64,000 nucleotides of DNA, taken from sequence record SRR22947725_1818; one strand, written 5' to 3'. The position numbers and the translations under genes are program-made. The notes below the pieces were generated by a model. The model worked only from the letters and a program-made list of their open reading frames with translations. It ran no database searches and had not been told where the DNA came from. Below are positions 18,258-27,933 of this stretch, piece by piece (the first letter of the stretch is position 1; the number at the start of each line of letters is the position of its first letter).

Positions 18258-19907
18258 ATGACTGATTGGACCGCACCCGGACCCGGCACGTGGGAGCTCG
18301 ATACGGCGCACTTCGAAGCGACGGTGTCGCGCCCGATGCGTGACCTGATGTCCGAAGCGATGGGTGCAGGGCTCAGTGTGGGCTTTGAGCTCGCTGGAGC
18401 GCCATTGTCGTCGGTCCAAGCACGCTTTGTGAACGGGCGCATGTACACCCGTCTCGTTCCGCTCGTCGGCGGGAACTCGACGCGACCCACACCGCCGGAC
18501 AAGGTGTTGTGGCTGGTCACTCGGCTCCATCCGAGGTTCCGGCGGCGGGCCAAGCAATCGGCACGGGCAATCGACGGCAAGTTCTGGGTGAGCGAGTTCG
18601 CCCGATGGGAACGAGAGTGGAAGCCTGAACTGCAGGCGACAAATCGTCGGCTTGGCGAGGTTCCGGTTGCCGATCTGTCCGATGCTGACCTCGCAAAGCA
18701 CCTCGATGCGGTCTGGAAGCACGCGGCCTGGGCGGCAGCGTTGCACTTCCGACTTCATACTTCCGATCTGGCGCCGATCGGTCGCCTGCTTGTCGCGGCC
18801 GAAGATTGGGACCTCGACGCCAAGGAGGTGATGGCAACGCTTGCCGGAGCGTCGCCTGCGACGAGTGCGCCGGCGAGAGCACTGGCTGCGGTCCGCGCCG
18901 AACTCGCACGTGTCGAGTCGCTGCCTCAAACATTGGACGATGTCCGCTCAGCCAGTCCTGAGGCCGCAGCCTTGCTCAGCGCCTACCTTGCCGAATTCGG
19001 CAATCGAGTCACGACGGGGTACGACCTTCGCAACCGCACGCTCCGAGAACTGCCCGACGTCGTGCTTGCATCGATCAACGCATCGGATGTCGATCTCGAC
19101 GCAGCCGAGCTGGCTGGCGATCGAGCGTTCTCGGCGATGTCGAGCCAGCTTGCCGAGGCGGACCGGGCCGAGTTTGCCAGCCTGGTCGAGGAGGCGAGGA
19201 CGCTCTACGGCCTCAGAGATGAAAACGGTCCGTTGACCGCAGAGTGGCCAGCTGGCATCGCCCGCTACGCGGTACTCGAAGCCGGCCGCCGGTTGCAGGC
19301 GTCGGGCAGCATCGACGACCTCGAGCACATTTTCGATGCGTCGATTCCTGAGATCGTCGGTCTGCTGCGCGACGGCAAGTACCCGCTTGCCGCGGAGCTG
19401 AAGACCCGCTGTGATGAACGAATGGGCTGGGAAGCGCTCGACGCACCCGACCGGCTCGGTCCGCCGAGTGCGCCGCCGCCGGTCGACATCTTGCCCGGTC
19501 GCATGCCTGAGCTGATGCGCGCAGTGCTCATGGTGACCTCGCTCTTCGACCCTCCTGCTGGGGAAGAGCGTGACGGTGCTGCTGCAACGCTGTCTGGAGT
19601 GGGTGTCGGAACCGAGTCCGTGCGCGGCATTGCACGAGTGGTGGGCAACGCCGACGAAGCGTTCGAACGAGCGGAGCCGGGCGACATCATTGTCACTCGG
19701 CTCACCGTGCCCACGTTCAATTCGGTGTTGGCAATGGCCGGGGGAGTGGTGACCGAAGGCGGTGGCCTCCTCAGCCATACGGCGGTCATCGCTCGCGAGC
19801 TCGGGCTCCCGGCAATTATCGGCGTCGTCGGCGCGCTGACCGGCATCCCCGACGGAGCCGAGATCGAAGTCGACCCGGTGCAGGGCACCGTGACGCTTGT
19901 CCGTTGA
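18258..19907 (+). CDS. PEP-utilizing enzyme mobile (phospho-His swivel) domain protein without ATP-grasp domain
   Basis: C-terminal GGVVTEGGGLLSHTAVIARELGLPAIIG..IPDG..VDPVQGTV; start trimmed to ATG 18258. Confidence 0.85.
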   Translation: MTDWTAPGPGTWELDTAHFEATVSRPMRDLMSEAMGAGLSVGFELAGAPLSSVQARFVNGRMYTRLVPLVGGNSTRPTPPDKVLWLVTRLHPRFRRRAKQSARAIDGKFWVSEFARWEREWKPELQATNRRLGEVPVADLSDADLAKHLDAVWKHAAWAAALHFRLHTSDLAPIGRLLVAAEDWDLDAKEVMATLAGASPATSAPARALAAVRAELARVESLPQTLDDVRSASPEAAALLSAYLAEFGNRVTTGYDLRNRTLRELPDVVLASINASDVDLDAAELAGDRAFSAMSSQLAEADRAEFASLVEEARTLYGLRDENGPLTAEWPAGIARYAVLEAGRRLQASGSIDDLEHIFDASIPEIVGLLRDGKYPLAAELKTRCDERMGWEALDAPDRLGPPSAPPPVDILPGRMPELMRAVLMVTSLFDPPAGEERDGAAATLSGVGVGTESVRGIARVVGNADEAFERAEPGDIIVTRLTVPTFNSVLAMAGGVVTEGGGLLSHTAVIARELGLPAIIGVVGALTGIPDGAEIEVDPVQGTVTLVR

Positions 19908-19952
19908 TTCCAATTGCTGCTGGCCGCAGCTTGAGAACTAACGTCAGCGGCC

Positions 19953-20849
19953 ATGACGACTGACACCGGCGCTGTTGCCGACACCAATCGCTTCCAGGAT
20001 GTGCAGGGTGTCCGCGACGCCCTCAAGGAAGTGAACTACCTGGCAGACGATGGCATTGCTGGCGTGGCGTTCCTCGCGGACCGCCTCGGCAAACCAATCC
20101 TCGTCGAAGGGCCCGCTGGAACCGGCAAGACCCAGCTCGCCAAGTCCATTGCCGAGATCACCGGCTCACGGCTCATCCGCCTTCAGTGCTACGAGGGTCT
20201 CGATGAGAGCAAAGCCCTCTACGAGTGGAACTACAAGAAGCAACTCCTGCGGATCCAGACCGAGCGCGGCGACAACGAAGACTGGACGGAGATGAAGGAC
20301 GACATCTTCTCCGATGAGTTCTTGCTCACGCGCCCGTTGCTCGAGGCCATCACCGCCGACGAGCCCGTCGTGCTGCTGATCGACGAGGTCGACCGCGTCG
20401 AGGTCGAGACCGAAGCATTGCTGCTCGAGATCCTCTCCGACTATCAGGTCTCCATCCCCGAGCTGGGCACGATTACCGCGAAGCAGATTCCGCTGGTGTT
20501 CCTCACGTCAAACAACACGCGTGAGCTGTCCGAGGCGCTCAAGCGTCGCTGTCTCTACTTGCACGTCGACTACCCCGAGCTCGACCGCGAACGTGAGATC
20601 GTGCTCGCCAAGGTCCCGGACATCACGGAGTCGCTGGCCGACCAGGTTGCCCGCGTTGTGCGGTCGATCCGTCAACTCGATCTGAAGAAGGCCCCGAGCG
20701 TCTCGGAGACCCTCGACTGGGCCCGCACGCTGATGATCCTCAACATCGACACGATCGACGAGCAGACTGCCAAGGAAACGCTCAATATCCTGCTGAAGTA
20801 CCAGACCGACATCGCCAAGGCCACCAAAGAGTTGTCGGTCGACGACTGA
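19953..20849 (+). CDS. MoxR-family AAA+ ATPase (CoxD-like)
   Basis: EGPAGTGKT, RLQCYEGLD, LLIDEVD, TSNNTRELSEALKRRC. Confidence 0.93.
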   Translation: MTTDTGAVADTNRFQDVQGVRDALKEVNYLADDGIAGVAFLADRLGKPILVEGPAGTGKTQLAKSIAEITGSRLIRLQCYEGLDESKALYEWNYKKQLLRIQTERGDNEDWTEMKDDIFSDEFLLTRPLLEAITADEPVVLLIDEVDRVEVETEALLLEILSDYQVSIPELGTITAKQIPLVFLTSNNTRELSEALKRRCLYLHVDYPELDREREIVLAKVPDITESLADQVARVVRSIRQLDLKKAPSVSETLDWARTLMILNIDTIDEQTAKETLNILLKYQTDIAKATKELSVDD

Positions 20850-20852
20850 GTC

Positions 20853-22292
20853 ATGCTGGAACTCCTGAACGGCTTCGTCGTCGAACTCCGCAATGCCGGC
20901 CTTCCGGTCAGCCTGACGGAGAACCTCGATGCAATGGAAGCGGTGCAACACATCCCGATTGAGGATCGCGACGCGTTCAAGTACGCGCTCGGGGCCACAC
21001 TGATCAAGAATCACGCGCATTGGCGCAGTTTCGAGACGGTGTTCGAGGTCTACTTCAGCCTGCGCGGCCCGGAGTACAAGATCGGCGACGGTGACGGCGA
21101 GACCGACATCGACGAGATGTGGCGCGAAATGCAGGAGCAACAGCAGCAGCAGGAGGGCAACGGCGGCCAGGGCGGCATGGACGGGATGACGCCCGAAGAA
21201 ATCGCCCAGATGCTCATGCAGGCGTTGATGAACGGTGACCAGGGCATGATGCGCGCCATGGCCAAGCAAAGCGTCCAACGTTTCGCTGGGATGGAGCCGG
21301 GACGCCCTGTCGGCGGGACCTACTATCTGTACCGCACACTGCGGAACCTCGATCTCGACGGCATGCTCGACAAGATGATGGAGCAGTCCCGAGAGGATGC
21401 TCCTGATGACTTGACTTCACTCGAGGAGCGGTTGGAGAAAGAGGAGTACAGCGACCGGATCGAGAAGTTCAAAGGCGAGATCGAAGCCGAGATCCGGCGA
21501 CGCCTGGTGGCGGACCGTGGTGCCGAGGCGATGGCCAAGACGCTCCGCAAGCCGCTGCCCGAAGACGTCGAGTTCATGCACGCCTCGCGTGATGAGATGA
21601 CGGCACTGAAGAAGTCGCTGCAACCGTTGACTCGCAAGCTCGCGGCGCGCTTGGCTCGCAAGCGCAAGCACGGCCGCAAGGGCCCGCTCGATTTCCGCAA
21701 CACCGTCCGACACTCACTCAGCTACGGCGGTGTGCCGGCTGAGCCGAAGTTCAAGTATCCGCGACCAGCAAAACCCGAACTGATGGTGGTGGCCGACATC
21801 TCTGGTTCCGTCGCGGCCTTCGCACGGTTCACGCTGATGCTCGTCTATGCGATCTCTGGCCAGTTCAGCAAGGTTCGTTCGTTCGTCTTCATCGACGGCC
21901 TCGACGAAGTCACCGACTACTTCAAGGCCACCGAAGACATCACCGAAGCCATTCACCGGGTCAACACCGAGGCCGATGTGGTGTGGGTCGACGGGCACTC
22001 CGACTATGGCCACGCCTTCGAAGTCTTCTGGAACAAGTACGGCAAGGACGTCGGCCCGAAGACCACGGTGCTGCTGCTCGGCGATGCTCGGAACAACTAT
22101 CACGCCAGCCAGAGCTGGGTGGTCAAAGAGATGCAGCAGAAGGCGCGCCACGTGTACTGGCTGAATCCAGAACCGAAGAGCTACTGGAATACCGGTGACT
22201 CCATCGTTGGCGAGTACGGCACCTACACCGACGGTGTCTATGAATGTCGCAACTTGCGCCAACTCGAAGGCTTTGTCGAGAAGCTCGCCTAA
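20853..22292 (+). CDS. VWA-domain protein (CoxE-like)
   Basis: MIDAS motif DISGS, LGDARNN, WLNPEP, ECRNLRQL; directly downstream of MoxR. Confidence 0.9.
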   Translation: MLELLNGFVVELRNAGLPVSLTENLDAMEAVQHIPIEDRDAFKYALGATLIKNHAHWRSFETVFEVYFSLRGPEYKIGDGDGETDIDEMWREMQEQQQQQEGNGGQGGMDGMTPEEIAQMLMQALMNGDQGMMRAMAKQSVQRFAGMEPGRPVGGTYYLYRTLRNLDLDGMLDKMMEQSREDAPDDLTSLEERLEKEEYSDRIEKFKGEIEAEIRRRLVADRGAEAMAKTLRKPLPEDVEFMHASRDEMTALKKSLQPLTRKLAARLARKRKHGRKGPLDFRNTVRHSLSYGGVPAEPKFKYPRPAKPELMVVADISGSVAAFARFTLMLVYAISGQFSKVRSFVFIDGLDEVTDYFKATEDITEAIHRVNTEADVVWVDGHSDYGHAFEVFWNKYGKDVGPKTTVLLLGDARNNYHASQSWVVKEMQQKARHVYWLNPEPKSYWNTGDSIVGEYGTYTDGVYECRNLRQLEGFVEKLA

Positions 22293-22314
22293 TTCGTCAA
22301 AGGGTCGGCCGGCC

Positions 22315-23042
22315 TCATTGCGGATCGGGACCGATGATGGTCAAGACCTGATCGAGCGGCTTGCGAGCCAACCGGGGGACTTGGCAGTCCTCAACCGGAA
22401 AGCCGACAGGGAACAACACGAACGGGCGTTCATGTGAACTGCGTCCGAGCAGCTTGGTCAGAACGCCATCGGAGTTGGCGTGTGGGTCAGCGTTGCTAAT
22501 CCCATGTTGTGGAGCGCAGTGATGAACATGCCTGCGGCGATACCGCAGCTCTCCTTGACGTAGTAGTGCGTCCGCTTGGAACCGTCGTCGCGAATTCCGT
22601 AGCGCTCTTCGAACAACACCACGATCCATGGAGCGATCTCGAGGAACTCCTTGTGCCAGTCGGTGTCGAGCGGTGCGAGCTCGTGTTGCCACGCATCGTT
22701 CATCCGGTGTTCTTCGTAGTTGATTCGCTCTTCGGCTTCGGCCGCAAGGCGGATCTCGCGCTTCGTCGCCGGGTCAGAGATCGCGATGAACTGCCAAGGT
22801 TGTTGGTGTGCGCCCGACGGCGCTGTCGACGCAGTCCTGACGGCCGCCTCGATCAGCCCAACCGGCACAGGTTCGTCGGACAGCATGCGCACGCTTCGGC
22901 GGCGGTCCATCAATTGATGAAGATCATCGGCCCGCTCTGCCATGTCTGCAGATGAGTATCGACGAAAGTCGAGAGGGTCGAACGGGTGCTCGGCGACAGC
23001 AGCAGGGGAGAGGTACGGGAACTCGTAGCGCTCGATGCTCAC
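22315..23042 (-). pseudogene. Iodotyrosine deiodinase-like nitroreductase, frameshifted at about 22461 (pseudogene or sequence error)
   Basis: RRRSVR, TAPSGAHQQPW, EEERINY-like lid, ESCGIAAG, LTHTPTPMAF then TGA; the C-terminus LTKLLGR..ERPFVLFPVGFP..RKPLDQV continues in the -1 frame. Confidence 0.85.
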
Positions 23043-23061
23043 GACCGCACTGTTGCACATC

Positions 23062-23709
23062 TCACTGGCATCGGTCGGTGGCGTCGAGTGGACGCTCGCT
23101 GAGCAGACGCTCCAACTCGCCGTCGTCCGTCGCAAAGGCGGTCTGGGGCCGCGGTCGTGACCGCGCGTAGATGATTCCGACGACGTTGCCGGAGCCGTCA
23201 ACGACCGCACCGCCTGAATCGCCGACGGAGATGTCCCCGACCAGTTCGAGGCCGGATCGGCGGACCTCATCTTCGACATAGATGTCCTCAATGGTGATGT
23301 CGAGTCTGCGGGTGATCATCACGCTCACTGGGCGCACGCCGTTGTCGGGCGACCAGACAACAGCAAGTGCGTCGCCGACTTCGGCTCGGCCGACGGCGAG
23401 CGGTGGTGCCGCGAGGCCTGGAACGTCGAGCAGCGCGAGGTCCGCGTCTTTGTCAAAGGACACGACGGTGGCAGGAAACTCGACGCCGAAGGAGTCGACA
23501 ACGGTGATCGCCGTCGCGCCCGCGACTGTATGGGCGGTGGTGACGACATGCCCTGGGCGGTCCACGGCGATCCCACTCCCAAATTCTTTGGTGGTTCCTG
23601 CGCAGCCCTCAGCCACGATGCCGACGCCGGACTGGACAACGTCTGGTGCCGAGTCGCCGTCGCACCCGAGCAGCGCGACGGCCATCAGCGCGGCAACGAG
23701 ATGCTTCAC
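23062..23709 (-). CDS. Trypsin-like (S1C) serine protease, probable lipoprotein
   Basis: Signal ending ALLGC; catalytic triad motifs TAH, DLALL, GDSGG. Confidence 0.88.
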   Translation of the reverse strand: MKHLVAALMAVALLGCDGDSAPDVVQSGVGIVAEGCAGTTKEFGSGIAVDRPGHVVTTAHTVAGATAITVVDSFGVEFPATVVSFDKDADLALLDVPGLAAPPLAVGRAEVGDALAVVWSPDNGVRPVSVMITRRLDITIEDIYVEDEVRRSGLELVGDISVGDSGGAVVDGSGNVVGIIYARSRPRPQTAFATDDGELERLLSERPLDATDRCQ

Positions 23710-24821
23710 CGTCGAGCGTCGAGGAGTCGCCCGTCGCCCGCCGCGCTCTGTGTGGCGAGGTCGATGAGATGCTGCACGATCGCGCCTTCCGCGATGTCTG
23801 GTTCGATCGGCCTGCCAGCGCGCACCGCGTCGACCCAGTCGCCGACCATTGCACCGCCTGCGCGGAACACATCGCGGTAAGTGTCATGGACGCGGTCGCG
23901 ACGTGCGCCATTCCAGATGTCGTCCGGAATGTCGAGCACCTGCGCTGGGCCGGGCTGATCGGCTCGGACCCCACTCACTTGCTGCAGGTTCGACCAATCG
24001 TTGACCGCGTAGATCGTCCCATCAGTTCCGTGCAGATCAAGGTGGTGTGTCTGGTTGAACTCAGTACCTTCCCAGCTCGCGGCGCACACTTGGAGCGAGC
24101 CGTGGGCTCCGTTCGCGAACCGAACGGTCATCAGAGCGGAATCTTCGTTCTGCTCGTATGGCGAGCCATCTGGTCGTGGGCCGCGCTGATAGAAACTGTC
24201 GCTGACGCAGCCGATGTGGGTGATCTCGCCAAGCAGCCAGCGCGCGACGTGGAGCCAGTGACTTCCGAGGTCGCCGAGGACGCCCGAACCCGCCAACTCC
24301 TGATCGAATCGCCAGTTGTACTCGTGATCGCGGGCGTACCCCGTGAAGTAGCGCATGTTGAGATGGAATGGCGTGCCGACGTATCCGGTGTCGATCAGTC
24401 GCTTCACGAACTGGTTGGTCGGCATGTATCGATACGTGAACGGGACGAGCGTGATCGCTCCGGTCTCGGCGGCCCGTCGGGCCATGCGATCTGCAGCAGC
24501 GACGTCAGGGGCAAGCGGCTTTTCGCACAGTACGTGGAGTCTGCGGTCGAGTGCGGTCATCGTCAGCTCTTCGTGGCTATCCGTGCCGGTCGCCACCACC
24601 ACTGCATCGAGCCGCTCGGGGTCAAGGAAGTCGTCGCTGTCGACCGAGAACCACGGCACATCCCACGTGGCTGCAAGCGCTTCAGCGGTGGCGGCGGTAC
24701 GCCCGCAGAGGCCGACCACGCTGGCGCCGGGATGGGCAGCGAAGGCTGGCAAGTACATCGAGTCTGCCCACCAACTGGTCCCGACGATGCCGACTCGAAG
24801 CGGCGTGGGGTCGGTGGTCAT
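23706..24821 (-). CDS. Gfo/Idh/MocA family oxidoreductase
   Basis: HVLCEKPLA, PFTYRY, GVLGDLGSH; coupled to lacI by ATGA overlap. Confidence 0.92.
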   Translation of the reverse strand: MTTDPTPLRVGIVGTSWWADSMYLPAFAAHPGASVVGLCGRTAATAEALAATWDVPWFSVDSDDFLDPERLDAVVVATGTDSHEELTMTALDRRLHVLCEKPLAPDVAAADRMARRAAETGAITLVPFTYRYMPTNQFVKRLIDTGYVGTPFHLNMRYFTGYARDHEYNWRFDQELAGSGVLGDLGSHWLHVARWLLGEITHIGCVSDSFYQRGPRPDGSPYEQNEDSALMTVRFANGAHGSLQVCAASWEGTEFNQTHHLDLHGTDGTIYAVNDWSNLQQVSGVRADQPGPAQVLDIPDDIWNGARRDRVHDTYRDVFRAGGAMVGDWVDAVRAGRPIEPDIAEGAIVQHLIDLATQSAAGDGRLLDARR

Positions 24822-25831
24822 GTTGATGCTCCTGCTGTCAGGCGGCTGCTCGTCTTACGTTTGACCAGGGTCGGTGCAATCATGTGGTGGACCGAGTCGG
24901 TGCGCTCGTCGCGGAGTCGTTCGAGTATGAACCCCACCGCCAGGCGCCCGAGCTCGTCTCGCGGTTGGTTCACCGTCGTCAGAGACAGATGCTGCATTGC
25001 GGCGAGTGCCGTATTGTCGTAGCCGACGATGGAGACGTCATCCGGCACGGCGAGACCTGCGTCCTCGATGCGATCGAGCGCGCCTGCCGCGGACAAGTCA
25101 TTCGCCGCAAAGATGGCGGTGGGTCGGCTGGATTGGTTCAGCAGTTCGCTGGCCGCGTGATATCCGCCAGACTCGGTGAAGTCTCCGCCGGCCGTGACAA
25201 TCTCGGCGGACAATCCATGATCCGTCATCGCCTGTGAGTAGCCGCGTCGACGCGCTTCGGCGCCCGCTCCGGTGCCGCCGTCGATGTGTGCGATGCGACG
25301 GTGTCCAAGCTCGACCAGATAGTCGACCGCGAGACGCGCTCCGGTGACATCGTCTGTGTTGACCGAATCGATGACCTGGCTTCGACTGCTCCGACCGACC
25401 ACCACCATCTTGGTGCTCTCCGAAGCTGCCTCGATGGTCGACATCGGCATCGTTGCGCCGGCGGTGATGATGCCGTCGACTCGGAACTGGAGAAAGGTTT
25501 CCACCATCTCCGCTTCGCCCGACGGTGAACGTTTTCCGTTGCCGATGAGGACGCGGTAACCGGCTTCGTCGGAAGCAGCCTGGATGCCGTCGATGATCTC
25601 CGCGAAGAAAGGGTTGTGGATGTCGTTGAGGACCACACCGATCGTGTTGGTCCGGCGACTCGCCAGGTTTCGAGCGAGGACGTTGGGGCGGTAGCCGAGA
25701 TGTTCGGCAGCATCGAGGACGAGCTGGCGGCGGTAGTCCGACACGTTCGGTGCCTGCCGCATGACGAGCGAGACGAGCGCGAGTGAAACCCCAGCGCGCT
25801 CGGCGACTTGTTGCATCGTGGGTTGTGACAT
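24818..25831 (-). CDS. LacI-family transcriptional regulator
   Basis: TMQQVAERAGVSLALVS HTH, YRPNVLARNL hinge, PTAIFAANDL, SIVGYDN, LTTVNQP; start trimmed to ATG 25831. Confidence 0.95.
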   Translation of the reverse strand: MSQPTMQQVAERAGVSLALVSLVMRQAPNVSDYRRQLVLDAAEHLGYRPNVLARNLASRRTNTIGVVLNDIHNPFFAEIIDGIQAASDEAGYRVLIGNGKRSPSGEAEMVETFLQFRVDGIITAGATMPMSTIEAASESTKMVVVGRSSRSQVIDSVNTDDVTGARLAVDYLVELGHRRIAHIDGGTGAGAEARRRGYSQAMTDHGLSAEIVTAGGDFTESGGYHAASELLNQSSRPTAIFAANDLSAAGALDRIEDAGLAVPDDVSIVGYDNTALAAMQHLSLTTVNQPRDELGRLAVGFILERLRDERTDSVHHMIAPTLVKRKTSSRLTAGAST

Positions 25832-25865
25832 ATGAGGGGGTCCGGTCCGTTGATGCCAGCTGGGC

Positions 25866-25895
25866 TTGACACGTCGTAGTGACAAGAGCCATAGT
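25866..25895 (+). promoter_or_regulatory. Probable sigma-70-type promoter of the iol operon
   Basis: TTGACA at 25866-25871, 18-nt spacer, CATAGT at 25890-25895. Confidence 0.6.
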
Positions 25896-25906
25896 AGCCA
25901 CATCGG

Positions 25907-25926
25907 AAATTAGAGCGCTCTAATTT
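25907..25926. promoter_or_regulatory. LacI-type operator
   Basis: Perfect 20-bp palindrome AAATTAGAGCGCTCTAATTT with central CG, between lacI and the divergent operon. Confidence 0.88.
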
Positions 25927-25948
25927 TTCGCGACGGGGGGAGAGAAAC

Positions 25949-26863
25949 GTGACAGATTTTTTGACGCGGCTCGCTGGTGCCCCTATTAGCTGGGGGGTCT
26001 GTGAAGTCCCCGGTTGGGGTCTTGAATTGCAGCCACGCCGCGTGCTCGGCGAGATGCAGCAGCTTGGTTTGACTGCGACCGAGCTCGGCTCAGATGGCTA
26101 CCTTCCGACCGACCCAGCCGAGCTGAAGGATCTTTGTGCAGAGTTCGGCCTCGAGATGATCGGCGGCTTCGTCCCGCTCGTGCTGCATGAGGCAGCAGAA
26201 CTCGACGCGACCATCGAAGCCGCTCGCCGCACAGCTGAGTTGATGTCGGCCGCTGGTGCCACCGTCTTCGTGACGTCGGCTGTGACCGATTGGGATTGGG
26301 GTCCGCGCACGGCCCTGACATCTGACGACTGGAACTTCACGGCCAAGACGCTGTCGATTGTTGACGACATCCTGGGCGAGTTCGGCATGACGCAAGCCAT
26401 TCATCCTCACCTGCGGACAGTGGTCGAAACTCGCGCCGACATCGAAGCATTGCTCGACGTTTCTGATGTCGGCTGGACCTTCGACATGGGCCACATGCAA
26501 ATCGGTGGAATGGATCCACTCGAGTTCATCGACATCGCCTTTGACCGCATCCGCCATGTCCACCTCAAAGACGTCGTCATGGATCTCGCTGGACCAGTGT
26601 TCGCCGGCGACCAGTCGATTATGGACGGCGTGCAGGCCGGGATGTTCTGCAACCTGGGACGTGGCGACGTCCCGATCGGTGCCATCGTCACCGAACTCGA
26701 AGCTCGCGGGTACGACCAATGGTATGTACTCGAACAAGACGCTGCCATCACTGCGGGTGAACCCGCAGTCGGTGCTGGCCCACTTCTCGATGTTCTTGCG
26801 AGCATCGAGTTCCTCAAGGGGATCGAGGCACCCGCCTCGGCTGACGAGGAAATCCACACCTGA
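25949..26863 (+). CDS. iolE: Myo-inosose-2 dehydratase-like TIM-barrel protein
   Basis: GAPISWGVCE, IHPH, DMGH, HVHLKD, LGRGDV, VLEQD; iol cluster context. Confidence 0.75.
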   Translation: MTDFLTRLAGAPISWGVCEVPGWGLELQPRRVLGEMQQLGLTATELGSDGYLPTDPAELKDLCAEFGLEMIGGFVPLVLHEAAELDATIEAARRTAELMSAAGATVFVTSAVTDWDWGPRTALTSDDWNFTAKTLSIVDDILGEFGMTQAIHPHLRTVVETRADIEALLDVSDVGWTFDMGHMQIGGMDPLEFIDIAFDRIRHVHLKDVVMDLAGPVFAGDQSIMDGVQAGMFCNLGRGDVPIGAIVTELEARGYDQWYVLEQDAAITAGEPAVGAGPLLDVLASIEFLKGIEAPASADEEIHT

Positions 26864-26876
26864 TAAAGGGGAGAAC

Positions 26877-27917
26877 ATGAAGACATCCAAGAAGCTGCTG
26901 GCACTCCTGCCGGCAATCGCACTCGTCGCTGCATCCTGCGGCGGCTCTGACGACGACAGCAGCAGTGAGGCTTCAACCGACACTGCCGCATCGACCGACA
27001 CGGCAGCGCCGGTTGAGACCGATGCACCCGAAGAAGTCGATCAAACTCAGGCCGGCGACCTCACCTTCCATATGATCACTCACTCCGACGACGGCCCGTT
27101 CTGGTCCGTGGTACAGCGCGGCGCCGATGCCGCCGCTGAAGACCTCGGCGTGACGCTGGTGTGGAAGCCGGGCGTCAACGACGCACAGGTGATGGTGCAG
27201 GACATCGAAGCAGCCGTTGCGGAAGGTTCTGACGGCATCGCTGCATCGCTGCCCGATCCCGACGCACTCGTCGGACCGCTGCAGGCCGCAGTTGCCGAAG
27301 GAATCCCCGTGATCACCCTCAACTCGGGTGCGAACGACTACCAGGCAATCGGTGCGCTGACCCACGTTGGCCAGTCCGAAGACGTTGCTGGCAACGGTGC
27401 CGGTGAGCGTTTCAACGATGCTGGAGCAACCAAGGTTCTCTGCGCATTCCAGGAACAGGGCAACGTCGGCCTCGAAGAACGGTGCAACGGCCTCGCTGAG
27501 ACATTCGGCGGCGAAACCGTGATTGAGTTCATGGGCCTCGACGCAGACACCACCGAGCAGCAGAACACCATCAACGCCTTCCTGGCCGCTGATCCGGACA
27601 TCGACGGCGTCCTCGGCGTCGGCCCGGTCATCACCATGTCGGCACTGCGCGCAGCGCAGGACCTCGGTCGCGACCTCACCATCGGTGGATTCGACATGAC
27701 GCCGGATCTCCTCGGCGCAATCGAAGCAGGCGACGTGGCCTTCACGGTCGACCAGCAGCAGTACCTGCAGGGCTACATGCCTGTCCTGCTCATGTACCTC
27801 AACGTCACCAACCAGAACACTCTGGGCGGCGGCCTGCCGATCCTTACGGGTCCGGGTTTTGTGACAACTGACAATGCAACTGCTGTTATCGAATTGAGCG
27901 CGGCAGGTACCCGCTGA
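26877..27917 (+). CDS. Sugar (inositol) ABC transporter substrate-binding lipoprotein
   Basis: Lipobox VAASC, PFWSVVQRGA, GIPVITLNSG, DQQQYLQGY, ILTGPGFV; start trimmed to ATG 26877 (GGGGAG RBS). Confidence 0.93.
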   Translation: MKTSKKLLALLPAIALVAASCGGSDDDSSSEASTDTAASTDTAAPVETDAPEEVDQTQAGDLTFHMITHSDDGPFWSVVQRGADAAAEDLGVTLVWKPGVNDAQVMVQDIEAAVAEGSDGIAASLPDPDALVGPLQAAVAEGIPVITLNSGANDYQAIGALTHVGQSEDVAGNGAGERFNDAGATKVLCAFQEQGNVGLEERCNGLAETFGGETVIEFMGLDADTTEQQNTINAFLAADPDIDGVLGVGPVITMSALRAAQDLGRDLTIGGFDMTPDLLGAIEAGDVAFTVDQQQYLQGYMPVLLMYLNVTNQNTLGGGLPILTGPGFVTTDNATAVIELSAAGTR

Positions 27918-27933
27918 TCTGATCAGCACCAGA

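Noticed and set aside
18258-19907. Rifampicin phosphotransferase resistance gene
   Set aside because: Lacks the ATP-grasp domain and is too short for a complete enzyme
19953-22292. CO dehydrogenase (cox) cluster
   Set aside because: Only the CoxD/CoxE-like chaperone pair is present; no coxL, coxM or coxS
22455-22466. Programmed frameshift in the deiodinase gene (TTC TGA C resembles the prfB site)
   Set aside because: The prfB shift is +1 but -1 is needed here, and there is no slippery heptamer; a single-base deletion is simpler
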